32,000 bases of DNA from contig JAQVTI010000007.1 in the NCBI GenBank assembly GCA_028700115.1, positions 1 through 32,000 of the forward strand. The letters run 5' to 3'. Shown piece by piece: positions 19,977-29,212 of this stretch. This stretch comes from Candidatus Iainarchaeum sp. (GTDB lineage: Archaea > Iainarchaeota > Iainarchaeia > Iainarchaeales > CSSED10-239). Under the pieces are notes generated by a model. It saw only the letters and a list, made by a program, of their open reading frames with translations, did not search any database and was not told where the DNA came from. How positions within the stretch are numbered: the first letter of the stretch is position 1; each line of letters begins with the position of its first letter. The position numbers and the translations under genes were made by a program.

Positions 19977-20927
19977 TTATCCCTTATAATTTTTTAAAAG
20001 ACCATCTTCTTTTAAAGTTTCAATTGCAGAAATTAAAGCAAGTGGATATGTGATAGTAACATCTCCTATTACAGTCACAGCATCTGCTTCATCTTTTATT
20101 TTCCCCCAAGATTTAGCTTCATCTGTTGTTGCTCCTGATAAAGAACCAGATCTAGGAGAAGCTGTTGTCATATAAAGTGCATAATCAGCTCCACCATTAA
20201 TTAAAGTTGTAAGAATAACATGCTGTTTAGAAACACCACCACCTAAAGCAATTATTCCTTTTTTTTCATCATGACTTGTTGAAAAAATAATATTTTTAAA
20301 ATCATCAATAATATCTACTTGAAAATCAGGATGATCTTGCTTAAATAAAAATAAATGAAAACCCATAGATCCATCTGTAATTGCAGGACAAAAAATAGGA
20401 ACATTATTTTTAGCTGCTTGATATAAAATTGAATTTTCATCATTTAATTTAAGCCCAATTTCTTTTAACATTTCTGAAATAGTCCAAGATTTTTTAAGAT
20501 TATATAATTCTAATAATATATCTTGTAATTTTGCTTCTAATGATGAATAATTTTTACTAGTAATATATATATTCCCAACTCTATTTTGACCTCTTTCATA
20601 AAGTTCTTGATCATTTGAAGAAAATGATCCTAAAATAAATTTATCTCCAAAAGCTTTCATAATATCTTCTTCAATAGAACCTACAGTTGTAACAATTATA
20701 TCACAAAGTCCAAGCTTAATATTTTGTGCAAAAAATCCTCTAAGTCCAGAAGTAACCATATTTGATGTAAATGACAAATATATTTTTGCACCATTTTTTT
20801 TCATTTTAATAATTAAATCTGAAGCTTTTTTTAATTCATAAGATTGAAAACCGATAGATCCATAAGCATTAACTAAATCTTTAACATTTAGATTTTCTTT
20901 CCAAATAAAATCTTCTGTATATTGCAT
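19977..20927 (-). CDS. dys: Deoxyhypusine synthase
   Basis: VSTVG-like TTVGSIEEDI, CPAITDGSMG, GGGVSKQHV active-site Lys motif, GADYALYMTTASPRSGSLSGA, EAKSWGKIK. Confidence 0.93.
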   Translation of the reverse strand: MQYTEDFIWKENLNVKDLVNAYGSIGFQSYELKKASDLIIKMKKNGAKIYLSFTSNMVTSGLRGFFAQNIKLGLCDIIVTTVGSIEEDIMKAFGDKFILGSFSSNDQELYERGQNRVGNIYITSKNYSSLEAKLQDILLELYNLKKSWTISEMLKEIGLKLNDENSILYQAAKNNVPIFCPAITDGSMGFHLFLFKQDHPDFQVDIIDDFKNIIFSTSHDEKKGIIALGGGVSKQHVILTTLINGGADYALYMTTASPRSGSLSGATTDEAKSWGKIKDEADAVTVIGDVTITYPLALISAIETLKEDGLLKNYKG

Positions 20928-21086
20928 ATTTTATCAAATTTTTAATTTTTTAAAAAATTTATATTAATTTTATTAAAAAAACATAAATTAAAAACAATTA
21001 TAAATAAGTTTTACTAATATATATTTATAGAATACATTTACTTTTAAATATATATGTAAATTGAGGTTTTTTAATTAAAATATTTT

Positions 21087-21509
21087 ATGGATACAAAAAT
21101 TTGTGTAGGTGCAATAATTTATAATGACAAAAAAGAAATATTTCTAATGACTTCTATTAAATGGAAAGGTTATATTGTTCCAGGTGGAGAAATATTAAAT
21201 AATGAAACAGAAATAAATGCATTAAAAAGAACTATTTTTAAAAAACTTGGAATAGAAATTGAAAATATCCAAAAAATAGGAGAAAAAATTAAGCAACCAA
21301 GTTCTGATTTTATTAAAAATAATTCTTTAAGATTTAAGTTTATTGACTTTTTTGCAAAAGCAAAATCTAATGATATTGAGATAAATAAAGATATTAAAAC
21401 ATATAATTGGTTTAATATAGATTATGCTTTAAAAAATTTAGAATTATTAGATACAACTAGAGAATTTATTGAAACATTTAAATTATATCTTAGTGCAGAA
21501 TTAATTTAA
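21087..21509 (+). CDS. Nudix-fold protein with degenerate Nudix box
   Basis: GGEILNNETEINALKRTIFKKLGI follows Gx5Ex7R..xxxGU spacing, but REUxEE reads RTIFKK. Confidence 0.8.
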   Translation: MDTKICVGAIIYNDKKEIFLMTSIKWKGYIVPGGEILNNETEINALKRTIFKKLGIEIENIQKIGEKIKQPSSDFIKNNSLRFKFIDFFAKAKSNDIEINKDIKTYNWFNIDYALKNLELLDTTREFIETFKLYLSAELI

Positions 21510-21532
21510 AAAAATATAATTTATAAAAAAAA

Positions 21533-22135
21533 TTAATCAAAAGTAGAAAAAGAAAGATCTAATTTTTTATTTGATAAAAAAAAATCTAAAATTTGTATTT
21601 CATCTTGTATACCATTATTATGCATGATTGCTTGAAATTTTAGAAATAAATTATTTGTTGCAAGAACATCAGACATTGCTCTATGTGCATTTTTATTTTC
21701 TATATTAAAATAATTACATAATGAATTAAGTCTACAACTAACTATTTTAGGGAATATTTTTTTTGCAAGTTTATATGTACAAAGTGTTTTATTATCTATT
21801 TCTAAATTTAAATATTTATTTAAATTATTTTTCAAAAAAGAATAATCAAAATTTATATTATGCCCAACAATAATAGAATCTTTTAAAAAATTATTTAAAT
21901 CTGGTAAAACTTTATCAATTGTTTTTTGTCTATAAACCATTGAATCTGTAATTCCTGTAATTTCAGTAATTTGTACCGGAATTGGTATTTCTGGATTTAC
22001 TAAACATTCAAATTTATCTATAATTTTATTATTTTTAACTTTAATTGCAGCAATTTCTGTAATTTTATCTTTTTGAGGAGAAAGACCTGTTGTCTCTAAA
22101 TCTATTACTGTATATTTTTCTAGCATAAATACCAT
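21533..22135 (-). CDS. DnaQ-like 3'-5' exonuclease (PolC/epsilon type)
   Basis: TVIDLETTGLSPQKDKITEIAAI, GHNINFDYSFL, AHRAMSDVLAT (ExoI-III). Confidence 0.93.
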   Translation of the reverse strand: MVFMLEKYTVIDLETTGLSPQKDKITEIAAIKVKNNKIIDKFECLVNPEIPIPVQITEITGITDSMVYRQKTIDKVLPDLNNFLKDSIIVGHNINFDYSFLKNNLNKYLNLEIDNKTLCTYKLAKKIFPKIVSCRLNSLCNYFNIENKNAHRAMSDVLATNNLFLKFQAIMHNNGIQDEIQILDFFLSNKKLDLSFSTFD

Positions 22136-22329
22136 ACTTTATATAAATATTTAAAAAAAGTATAATTTTAAATAAAATATTTATTTTAAAAAATGTAGTT
22201 GAAAATATTTAAAAAGAGAATGATTTAAAATACAAATAATTTATTTTAAAAATATTTGAAAAGAAAAAAAGAAAAAGATACTTTTTAAAAGTATCTTTAT
22301 TTTTAATATTATTTATGTTTAATAGAAAT

Positions 22330-23439
22330 CTATAAAATATCTAAACCATAATTATCATCATAAGATTTAGAAAATTTTTGCCCAGAATTTTTTCCAGTAA
22401 ACATTTTACTTCCTTTTATAAATGGAGATTTTACCCCAGTAAATATAGCAATTACTTCAATTTTATTTTCAAAAGTAGGATCTATTCTAGCACCCCAAAT
22501 AACAGCAGCATTTGCATCTATATTTTCAGTTAATAATTCTCCAACACTATTTGCTTCTCCTAAAGTTAATTCAGTTCCGCCAGTAATATGTATTAAACAC
22601 CCAGTAGCCCCATTAATATCAACATCTAAAAGAGCATTTTTTAAAGTATCTTCAACAACTTCTTCAACTTTATTTACTGATTGTGATTCTCCAACTGCAA
22701 TAACAGAAAGACCTTTTCCACCCATAACTGTTCTAATATCTGCATAATCTAAATTAATTAATGAAGGCTGTGTAATTGTTTCTGTTATTCCTCTAACTGT
22801 TCTTGCAATAACTTCATCTGCTACTTTAAAAGCATCTTGCATTGGTAAATTTGGAACTAATTCAACAAGTCTGTTATTATCAATTACAACAACTGTATCA
22901 CATACATCTTTCATTACATCAATTCCTTCTTCTGCTTTAATTAATCTTGCTCTTTCAAGTGCAAAAGGATATGTTACTATTGCAATAACAATTGCTCCTT
23001 GTGATTTTGCAATTTGTGCAACAACAGGAGCTGCTCCAGTTCCAGTTCCTCCACCCATTCCAGCTGTTATAAAAAGCATATCTACTCCATCTAAAACTTC
23101 TTCTAAAGCTCCTTTAGAAACTTCAGCAGCTTTTGCTCCAATTTCAGGATATGCTCCTGCTCCAAGTCCATTAGTTACAGACTTTCCAATTAATAATTTT
23201 GTAATATCATCTGAAATAATCCCTAAATGTTGTCTATCTGTGTTAATTGCAACTAATTGTGCTCCAGAAACACCCATAGAACATATTCTATTTACAGAAT
23301 TATTTCCTGCCCCACCAATTCCAATAACCATAATTTTTGGTGCTGCAAATTCAGATTCTTTAAAAGTTTGTTCTTCTGAAGAACTTCTTTTATGTTCAAC
23401 AGCATTTTCAACAATAGATCTCAAAAGACCACCCCACAT
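22330..23439 (-). CDS. ftsZ: Cell division protein FtsZ
   Basis: GIGGAGNNSVNRI, NTDRQHL, GMGGGTGTGAAP tubulin signature, NLDYADIRTVM. Confidence 0.97.
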   Translation of the reverse strand: MWGGLLRSIVENAVEHKRSSSEEQTFKESEFAAPKIMVIGIGGAGNNSVNRICSMGVSGAQLVAINTDRQHLGIISDDITKLLIGKSVTNGLGAGAYPEIGAKAAEVSKGALEEVLDGVDMLFITAGMGGGTGTGAAPVVAQIAKSQGAIVIAIVTYPFALERARLIKAEEGIDVMKDVCDTVVVIDNNRLVELVPNLPMQDAFKVADEVIARTVRGITETITQPSLINLDYADIRTVMGGKGLSVIAVGESQSVNKVEEVVEDTLKNALLDVDINGATGCLIHITGGTELTLGEANSVGELLTENIDANAAVIWGARIDPTFENKIEVIAIFTGVKSPFIKGSKMFTGKNSGQKFSKSYDDNYGLDIL

Positions 23440-23591
23440 TTTTATAATTAATATTATTTATTTTTAAAAGGTTTAAATAAGAAAATAACCTCAAAATACA
23501 TTTTTTTTTAGAAATAAATAGATTTAAACATTTATTTCAATGTTATATATATAATACAAAGGCTTTTTAAATATATCGTATATTAAAGTAC

Positions 23592-23870
23592 TTGTACAGG
23601 CTATCTGGGGGGTTTGTAGTCCCTTATTATACCGGAAACCTACACATGCCGGAGAGAAGTTGTTTGAAGGGAAATAAGCAATAAAATATAACTTTATAAA
23701 ATTGCTGAAAGTTCGTCCATTAAGATCGAATATTTAACTAATCCTGTCAGATCCGGAAGGAAGCAGCAGTAAATTAAATATTTGATGCTTTTTGGGGTTG
23801 CGGGCTGGAGATTTTATAATAGTTTTTATTTTATTGGACTGTTTTTCGACATTCAACACGCCTGTACAAT
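23592..23870 (+). ncRNA. ffs: 7S signal recognition particle RNA
   Basis: Terminal helix TTGTACAGGC...GCCTGTACAA and helix 8 signature GTCAGATCCGGAAGGAAGCAGCAGTAA, archaeal length. Confidence 0.92.
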
Positions 23871-24176
23871 TAATATATTCTATTTTTATATTATAAAATT
23901 AATTATAATAATTCTAATCAAATAATAAAAAATATATTAATATAAGTTAACAACTCAAATAAATTTACAAAAAGTGTTATAATACCTCATTATTTTAAAA
24001 AAAATGTTTAAATACATCTAAATTTAAAAATACCCCAAAATAAAACTATTTATGTTTTAATTTTAAATATTTTTTATAAATATAATAGAATTTTTAAATA
24101 TTATTATATATATTATAATAAAACAATACAAATATATTAACCAAAATAAAAAAAATACAAACAGGAGTTGTATAAA

Positions 24177-26099
24177 ATGTTAAAACAAAAAATAAAAATA
24201 AAATTTCCAGATAATTCAATTAGAGAAATTGAATCTGGAAAAACAGCTGAAGATATAATAAAGGAAGAAATTGGAGAAAGTTTACTTCAAGTAGCAATAG
24301 CTGTACAAATAAATAATGATATTAAAGATATAACAACTCCTATAACGAATAATTGTAATTTTAAAGTATTAACTTTTAAAGATAAAGAAGGAAAAGAAAT
24401 TTTTTGGCATTCATCATCACACATTTTAGCACTTGCAGTAAAAAGATTATTTCCAGAAGTTAAATTAACAATAGGTCCAGCAATTGAAAATGGTTTTTAT
24501 TATGATTTTGATATAGAAAAAGCATTCTCTGAAGAAGATTTACAAAAAATAGAATTAGAAGCAAAAAAAATAATTAAAGAAAAATTAGTTTTTAAAAGAA
24601 TTGAAGTAAATCTAAATGAAGCTAAAGAAAAAGCAAAAAATGAACCTTATAAATTAGAATTAATAAATGAAATAGAAAGTAAAGATGAAAAAATTAGTTT
24701 TTATTATCTAGGAGATGAATTTATTGATCTTTGTAAAGGACCACATATTAAACATTCAGGAAAAATAAAAAGTTTTAAAATTCTTAAAAATTCAGGTGCA
24801 TATTGGAGAGGAAATTCAGAAAACAAACAACTTCAAAGAATTTATGGGATTTCTTTTTCAACAAAAGAAGAAATGCAAAAATATCTTATAATATTAGATG
24901 AAGCTACAAAAAGAGATCATAGAAAAATTGGAAAAGAACTTGATCTATATTCATTTCATGAAGAAGCTCCTGGTATGCCTTTTTTCCATGATAAAGGATC
25001 TTTTATTTGGGATAAATTAGTTGAATATGTTTCTGAAATAATGTTTAAAAGAAATTATGAAATAAATAAAACCCCAATTATTTTAAATAAAAATTTATGG
25101 CTTCAGTCAGGTCATTGGGATCATTATCAAAATAATATGTATTTTACAAAAATAGATAAACAAGATTTTGCAGTAAAACCAATGAATTGCCCAGGAAATA
25201 TATTAATTTATAAATCACATCAATATTCTTATAAAGATTTACCTATAAGAGCAGGAGAATTTGGTTTAGTTCATAGACATGAACTTTCTGGAGCTCTTTC
25301 TGGTTTATTTAGAGTAAGAGCATTTACTCAAGATGATGCCCATGTTTTTTGTACAGAAGAACAAATAAAAGATGAAGTTAAAGATTTAATTGACTTTATG
25401 GATGAAGTATATAAAAAATTTGGATTTGAATATTCAATGGAACTTTCAACAAAACCAGAAAAAGCAATGGGTTCTGAAAAATTATGGGAACTTGCAGAAA
25501 AAACTTTAAAAGAAGTTTTAGATGAAACTAAAAAAGAATATAAATTAAATCCTGGAGATGGAGCTTTTTATGGACCAAAAATAGATTTCCATCTAAAAGA
25601 TGCAATCGGTAGAACATGGCAATGTGGAACTATACAATTAGATTTTCAAATGCCAGAAAAATTTGATTTAACTTATGAATCTAGAAATAATGAAAAAAAA
25701 AGACCTGTTATGCTTCATAGAGCAGTTTTAGGAAGTGTAGAAAGATTTATGGGTATTTTAGTAGAACATTTTGAAGGTAAATTTCCATTATGGATATCTC
25801 CTCTTCAAATAGCAATCTTACCAATTGCAGATAGACATTTAGATTATTCTAAAAAAATTGCAAAACAATTAAAAGAAAAAGGCTTTAGAATAGAAATAAA
25901 TGATAAAGCAGAGACAATGAATAAAAAAATAAGAAATGCACAAATTAAAAAAATAAATTATATCCTAGTTATAGGAGATAAAGAAGAACAAAATCAAACA
26001 GTAAATATAAGAACAAGAGATGAAAAAATAATTGGAGAAAAATCAATTAATAATTTTATAAATGAACTTATAGAAGAAATTAAAGAAAAAAAATTATAA
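24177..26099 (+). CDS. thrS: Threonyl-tRNA synthetase, bacterial-type architecture
   Basis: N-terminal TGS (IKFPDNSIREIESGKTAEDI), SSSHILALAVKRLFP, class II catalytic core MNCPGNILIYKSHQYSYKDLPIR, anticodon domain. ATG at ~24177 is preferred over the upstream TTG; preceded by aggag. Confidence 0.95.
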   Translation: MLKQKIKIKFPDNSIREIESGKTAEDIIKEEIGESLLQVAIAVQINNDIKDITTPITNNCNFKVLTFKDKEGKEIFWHSSSHILALAVKRLFPEVKLTIGPAIENGFYYDFDIEKAFSEEDLQKIELEAKKIIKEKLVFKRIEVNLNEAKEKAKNEPYKLELINEIESKDEKISFYYLGDEFIDLCKGPHIKHSGKIKSFKILKNSGAYWRGNSENKQLQRIYGISFSTKEEMQKYLIILDEATKRDHRKIGKELDLYSFHEEAPGMPFFHDKGSFIWDKLVEYVSEIMFKRNYEINKTPIILNKNLWLQSGHWDHYQNNMYFTKIDKQDFAVKPMNCPGNILIYKSHQYSYKDLPIRAGEFGLVHRHELSGALSGLFRVRAFTQDDAHVFCTEEQIKDEVKDLIDFMDEVYKKFGFEYSMELSTKPEKAMGSEKLWELAEKTLKEVLDETKKEYKLNPGDGAFYGPKIDFHLKDAIGRTWQCGTIQLDFQMPEKFDLTYESRNNEKKRPVMLHRAVLGSVERFMGILVEHFEGKFPLWISPLQIAILPIADRHLDYSKKIAKQLKEKGFRIEINDKAETMNKKIRNAQIKKINYILVIGDKEEQNQTVNIRTRDEKIIGEKSINNFINELIEEIKEKKL

Positions 26100-26158
26100 A
26101 TTTATAAGCATTTTATAAATAATATTTTTTCTTATTTTTTATTTTATTATTTATTTTT

Positions 26159-27463
26159 TTATTTATTTTTTATTATTTTAATATGTCTAAAAATATGTTT
26201 TTCTCTTAAAAAATATATTAAAATACCAATAAACATTATAGAAAGTGTAATAAATCCAATTACTATATTAAATTCAAGTAAAAATATAAATGTAAAAATA
26301 CAACCTAAAGTTGCAAGTATTGGTAAATGTCCAATATTTAATGGGACTCTGAAATAATTTTTTATTTTTAATTTATTTTTATCTTTAAATCTAATTATAA
26401 TCAATGATAAATTTACTAAAAAAAATATTAATAAAGAACCAAAATCAGTAATTTCAGTTATAAATTTCAATTGAGATAAAATCACAAAAAATAAAACAAA
26501 TAAAATTACAACAATTAAAGAAATATAAGGAGTATTATTTTTAGAAACTTTAGTAAATATTTCAGGTAAAGCTTTTTTTTCACTCATCCCAAAAATCATT
26601 CTAGATGATGAAAATATCATAATTAAAACAGTACTCCCAGTTGCAGCAAGTGCAATTATACTTAAAATAATTCCTCCTAAATTACCTAAAGTAATATTTG
26701 CAACTTGTGTAATTGCAGAATTTGTCATTTGTGAAAAAGGTATTACATTAACAGCAACTAAACAAACTAAAGCATATAAAACAGAAGCAATTACTAAAGA
26801 AATAATTATTGCTTTTGGAATATTTTTTTTAGGATTTTTAGATTCTTCAGAAAGACTAGAAACATCTTCAAATCCTAAAAATGCAAAAAATATTAATGCA
26901 GCTGCAGAAATAATTCCATTAAATCCAAATGTAAATTCAAATACATTTACAGTACCTATACTTCCAATTCCTGAAAAAATAATAGCTAAAAGACCTAAAA
27001 TTGTTAAAATTACAAAAACGGTTGCAAATTTCATTGTTCCTTTTACACTATATAAATTTATTAAAAAAGATAAAATTAAAATAATTAAAGCACCAACCAA
27101 AATAGGTAAATTAAAAAGTATTAAAAAATATTCCCCAAAACCTAAAGCAATTACAGAAATTGCAGAAATCATTACAAATACTTTTAAAAAACCTAATCCA
27201 AATGAAAACCATTTTTTATTAAATGCATTTTCAGAATAAGTATATTCCGCAGAATCTGTGGGATATCTTGAAGAAAGCTCAGCATATGAAAGACCAGTAA
27301 AACTTGCAACAATAGCAGCAATAATAAATGAAAGCCAAGTAGCATTTCCTGCAACTTGTGTTGCAAGACCAACTAAAACAAATATTCCAGCACCAATTAT
27401 TACACTTAAAGTGTATATTATAGTTTCAAATAAAGTTATATTTTTTTTTAAATTTTTTTCCAT
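26159..27463 (-). CDS. APC-family amino acid permease
   Basis: VGAGIFVLVGLATQVAGNA, YAELSSRYP, FLGFEDVSSLSEESKNPKKNIPKAI; 12 TM-like pattern. Confidence 0.92.
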   Translation of the reverse strand: MEKNLKKNITLFETIIYTLSVIIGAGIFVLVGLATQVAGNATWLSFIIAAIVASFTGLSYAELSSRYPTDSAEYTYSENAFNKKWFSFGLGFLKVFVMISAISVIALGFGEYFLILFNLPILVGALIILILSFLINLYSVKGTMKFATVFVILTILGLLAIIFSGIGSIGTVNVFEFTFGFNGIISAAALIFFAFLGFEDVSSLSEESKNPKKNIPKAIIISLVIASVLYALVCLVAVNVIPFSQMTNSAITQVANITLGNLGGIILSIIALAATGSTVLIMIFSSSRMIFGMSEKKALPEIFTKVSKNNTPYISLIVVILFVLFFVILSQLKFITEITDFGSLLIFFLVNLSLIIIRFKDKNKLKIKNYFRVPLNIGHLPILATLGCIFTFIFLLEFNIVIGFITLSIMFIGILIYFLREKHIFRHIKIIKNK

Positions 27464-27564
27464 AAATATTCATTTTTTATAATTTTATAATTAATTATAT
27501 TATCTTTACAAAATAGTTATAGAAAAAACATATAAAGATATCTTAAATATAAAATAGAATAAAA

Positions 27565-27646
27565 TGCAGGGCACAGGATTCGAACCTATGAAGCACTAAG
27601 CAATGGATTTTGAGTCCATCCCCTTTGACCACTCGGGAAGCCCTGC
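27565..27646 (-). tRNA. tRNA-Leu(CAA)
   Basis: GCAGGGC/GCCCTGC acceptor, loop CTCAAAA, long variable arm, T-arm with GGTTCGAATCC, discriminator A. Confidence 0.92.
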
Positions 27647-27724
27647 TTATAAAAATATTATATATTAAAAGATTTAAAAATAGATTTATTTAAAAAGAAA
27701 AAAAGAAGATAATCTTCTTTTATT

Positions 27725-28444
27725 CTAATATTCAAAAACTGCAAAAATTTTATTTGTTTTTGGATCTATTTTAAAATTACTTTCAAAAACTTTTAATTCA
27801 CTAGTAGGATCCAAACCAAATTGTTTATGATTCTTAGAAATAGTTTGTTTAATTCTACTATTTAATTTACCTAATTGAGATTCAAAAGCATCTCTTTTTT
27901 TAAAAGATAAAACTTCATTTATTGATTTTAATTTAGAATAATCAGGATAAACCATCACAGCATAACCATCTTTTCTATTAGACACACTTTTAATAGGTTC
28001 AATTACATTAATTCCAGAAGCTTTTACAATATTTGATTTTAAAGTCACATTAAGTCCAATATGATCATTTCCAGGATTCATTTTTCTAAGCACAACTGAA
28101 TATTTTTCAGCACCTACGTTTAAAGAATATCTAGCATAAGTAGCTTTATCCCCTAAGGTAAAAATTCTATTTCTATTTATTAATTCTAAACTAAATCTTC
28201 CTTTAGGATCTTTATATTTTGAAGGAATTCCTTTTCTAGAAATTAATCCAAGTTCTTTAGAAATTGCCATTAATTCTTTCATTAAACCTTTATTTTCTAA
28301 AAATAATTTTTTAGATTTAAAAGTTCCAATAACATCAAATTTAGTACCATGATGCATAGTTTGTTTTCTATCTTCTTTTATAGAATTTTTTTCTAGAACA
28401 TTTTTTTTAATTTGATTTTCTCTAATTTTTTTAATTAAACGCAT
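27725..28444 (-). CDS. Hypothetical, distant member of the kinase-like paralog family
   Basis: SKKLFLENKGLMKELMAISKELGLISRKGIPSKYKDPKGRFSLELI parallels FKKLLSENKGI...IKDPKGNYLIS; also SGINVIEPIKS...YPDYSKLKSINEV and LKVFESNFKIDPKTNKIFAVFEY. Confidence 0.6.
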   Translation of the reverse strand: MRLIKKIRENQIKKNVLEKNSIKEDRKQTMHHGTKFDVIGTFKSKKLFLENKGLMKELMAISKELGLISRKGIPSKYKDPKGRFSLELINRNRIFTLGDKATYARYSLNVGAEKYSVVLRKMNPGNDHIGLNVTLKSNIVKASGINVIEPIKSVSNRKDGYAVMVYPDYSKLKSINEVLSFKKRDAFESQLGKLNSRIKQTISKNHKQFGLDPTSELKVFESNFKIDPKTNKIFAVFEY

Positions 28445-28463
28445 ATATTAACACATTCTAATT

Positions 28464-28880
28464 TTAACAAGAACCCTCTTTTAAAATAGGAATTTCTCCT
28501 GCAAGACAAGTATTTGAATAAGTTACACCATTAACAGCACAAACAGGTACATATTCCAGAGTACAAAATCTATTTGGATCTAAATTATTTAAATTAATAA
28601 ATTCTCCTTTTTGACATTCATTATTAAATAATTTCCATTCCTCACATTCAGAACCATCTTCAAAAACACAAACTCCATAAGTTCCATTTTCAAAAGTTCT
28701 AAAATCTAAAGTTCCACCTAAATTATCACAATTTACAGAAGCAGGATTTGCAATTTGAACATTATCATTTCCTTCTCCTTGAGGAACATACATTCTAGTT
28801 TTAAAAAATATAATATAAACTAAAAATAAAACTAAAATAATACCTATTGCAATTAATGCAATTTTTAAACTCTTATTCAT
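28464..28880 (-). CDS. Membrane-anchored protein with DUF333-like and Kazal-like domains
   Basis: N-terminal TM helix, ANPASVNCDNLGGTLDFRTFENGTYGVCVFEDGSECEEW (DUF333 pattern), CTLEYVPVCAVNGVTYSNTCLA (Kazal pattern). Confidence 0.8.
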   Translation of the reverse strand: MNKSLKIALIAIGIILVLFLVYIIFFKTRMYVPQGEGNDNVQIANPASVNCDNLGGTLDFRTFENGTYGVCVFEDGSECEEWKLFNNECQKGEFINLNNLDPNRFCTLEYVPVCAVNGVTYSNTCLAGEIPILKEGSC

Positions 28881-28969
28881 AAAATAACCTCTTTTATTTA
28901 AATATTATAAATGTATTAAGATGCAAATATTTAAAAAGAATGTTTTTTATTAAAGGTTTTTACCTAAAC

Positions 28970-29212
28970 TTAAAAATTAGAATAAAAAGCGCAGAGGACG
29001 GGATTCGAACCCGCGTAGTCGTAAGACTCTAGCTTAGCAGGCTTGAAGAATTGTGTGCTGTTTGTGACGTTAGTGTCGTTTGTAGATGCACTAAACAAAG
29101 CAACTCTCAGCAATTGCCTTATCAACTTAGATGCATTAATTTTTTTCTTTTTAATAAAATCATACGTATGTTTATCAAGATTAATTTCAATTCTTTTCTT
29201 TTTTTCTTTCAT
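28970..29212 (-). CDS. Small ribbon-helix-helix-type DNA-binding protein whose C-terminus is encoded by tRNA-Ser sequence
   Basis: RIEINLDKHTYDFIKKKKINASKLIRQLLR matches RHH pattern; tail LESYDYAGSNPVLCAFYSNF is translated tRNA/flank. Confidence 0.6.
   Translation of the reverse strand: MKEKKKRIEINLDKHTYDFIKKKKINASKLIRQLLRVALFSASTNDTNVTNSTQFFKPAKLESYDYAGSNPVLCAFYSNF
28990..29045 (-). tRNA. Partial tRNA-Ser(GCT), 3' half only (anticodon loop to discriminator), candidate att site
   Basis: - strand CAAGCCTGCTAAGCTAGAGTCTTACGACTACGCGGGTTCGAATCCCGTCCTCTGCG: loop CTGCTAA, variable arm AGTC/GACT, T-arm GCGGG-TTCGAAT-CCCGT, 3' acceptor CCTCTGC, discriminator G. No matching GCAGAGG 5' acceptor or type II D-arm upstream. 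Confidence 0.75.

Noticed and set aside
23240-23467. 75-aa + strand ORF
   Set aside because: Antisense to ftsZ N-terminus.
23592-23870. Riboswitch or attenuator for downstream thrS
   Set aside because: Terminal helix and helix 8 GGAAGGAAGCAGC signature identify it as SRP RNA, and it ends ~300 bp before thrS.
27258-27482. 74-aa + strand ORF
   Set aside because: Antisense to the APC permease gene.
28990-29135. Complete intron-containing tRNA-Ser including 29080-29135
   Set aside because: No 5' segment pairs well with CCTCTGC; the best candidate GCTGAGA has two mismatches and no following D-arm fits, while the region reads as RHH coding sequence.
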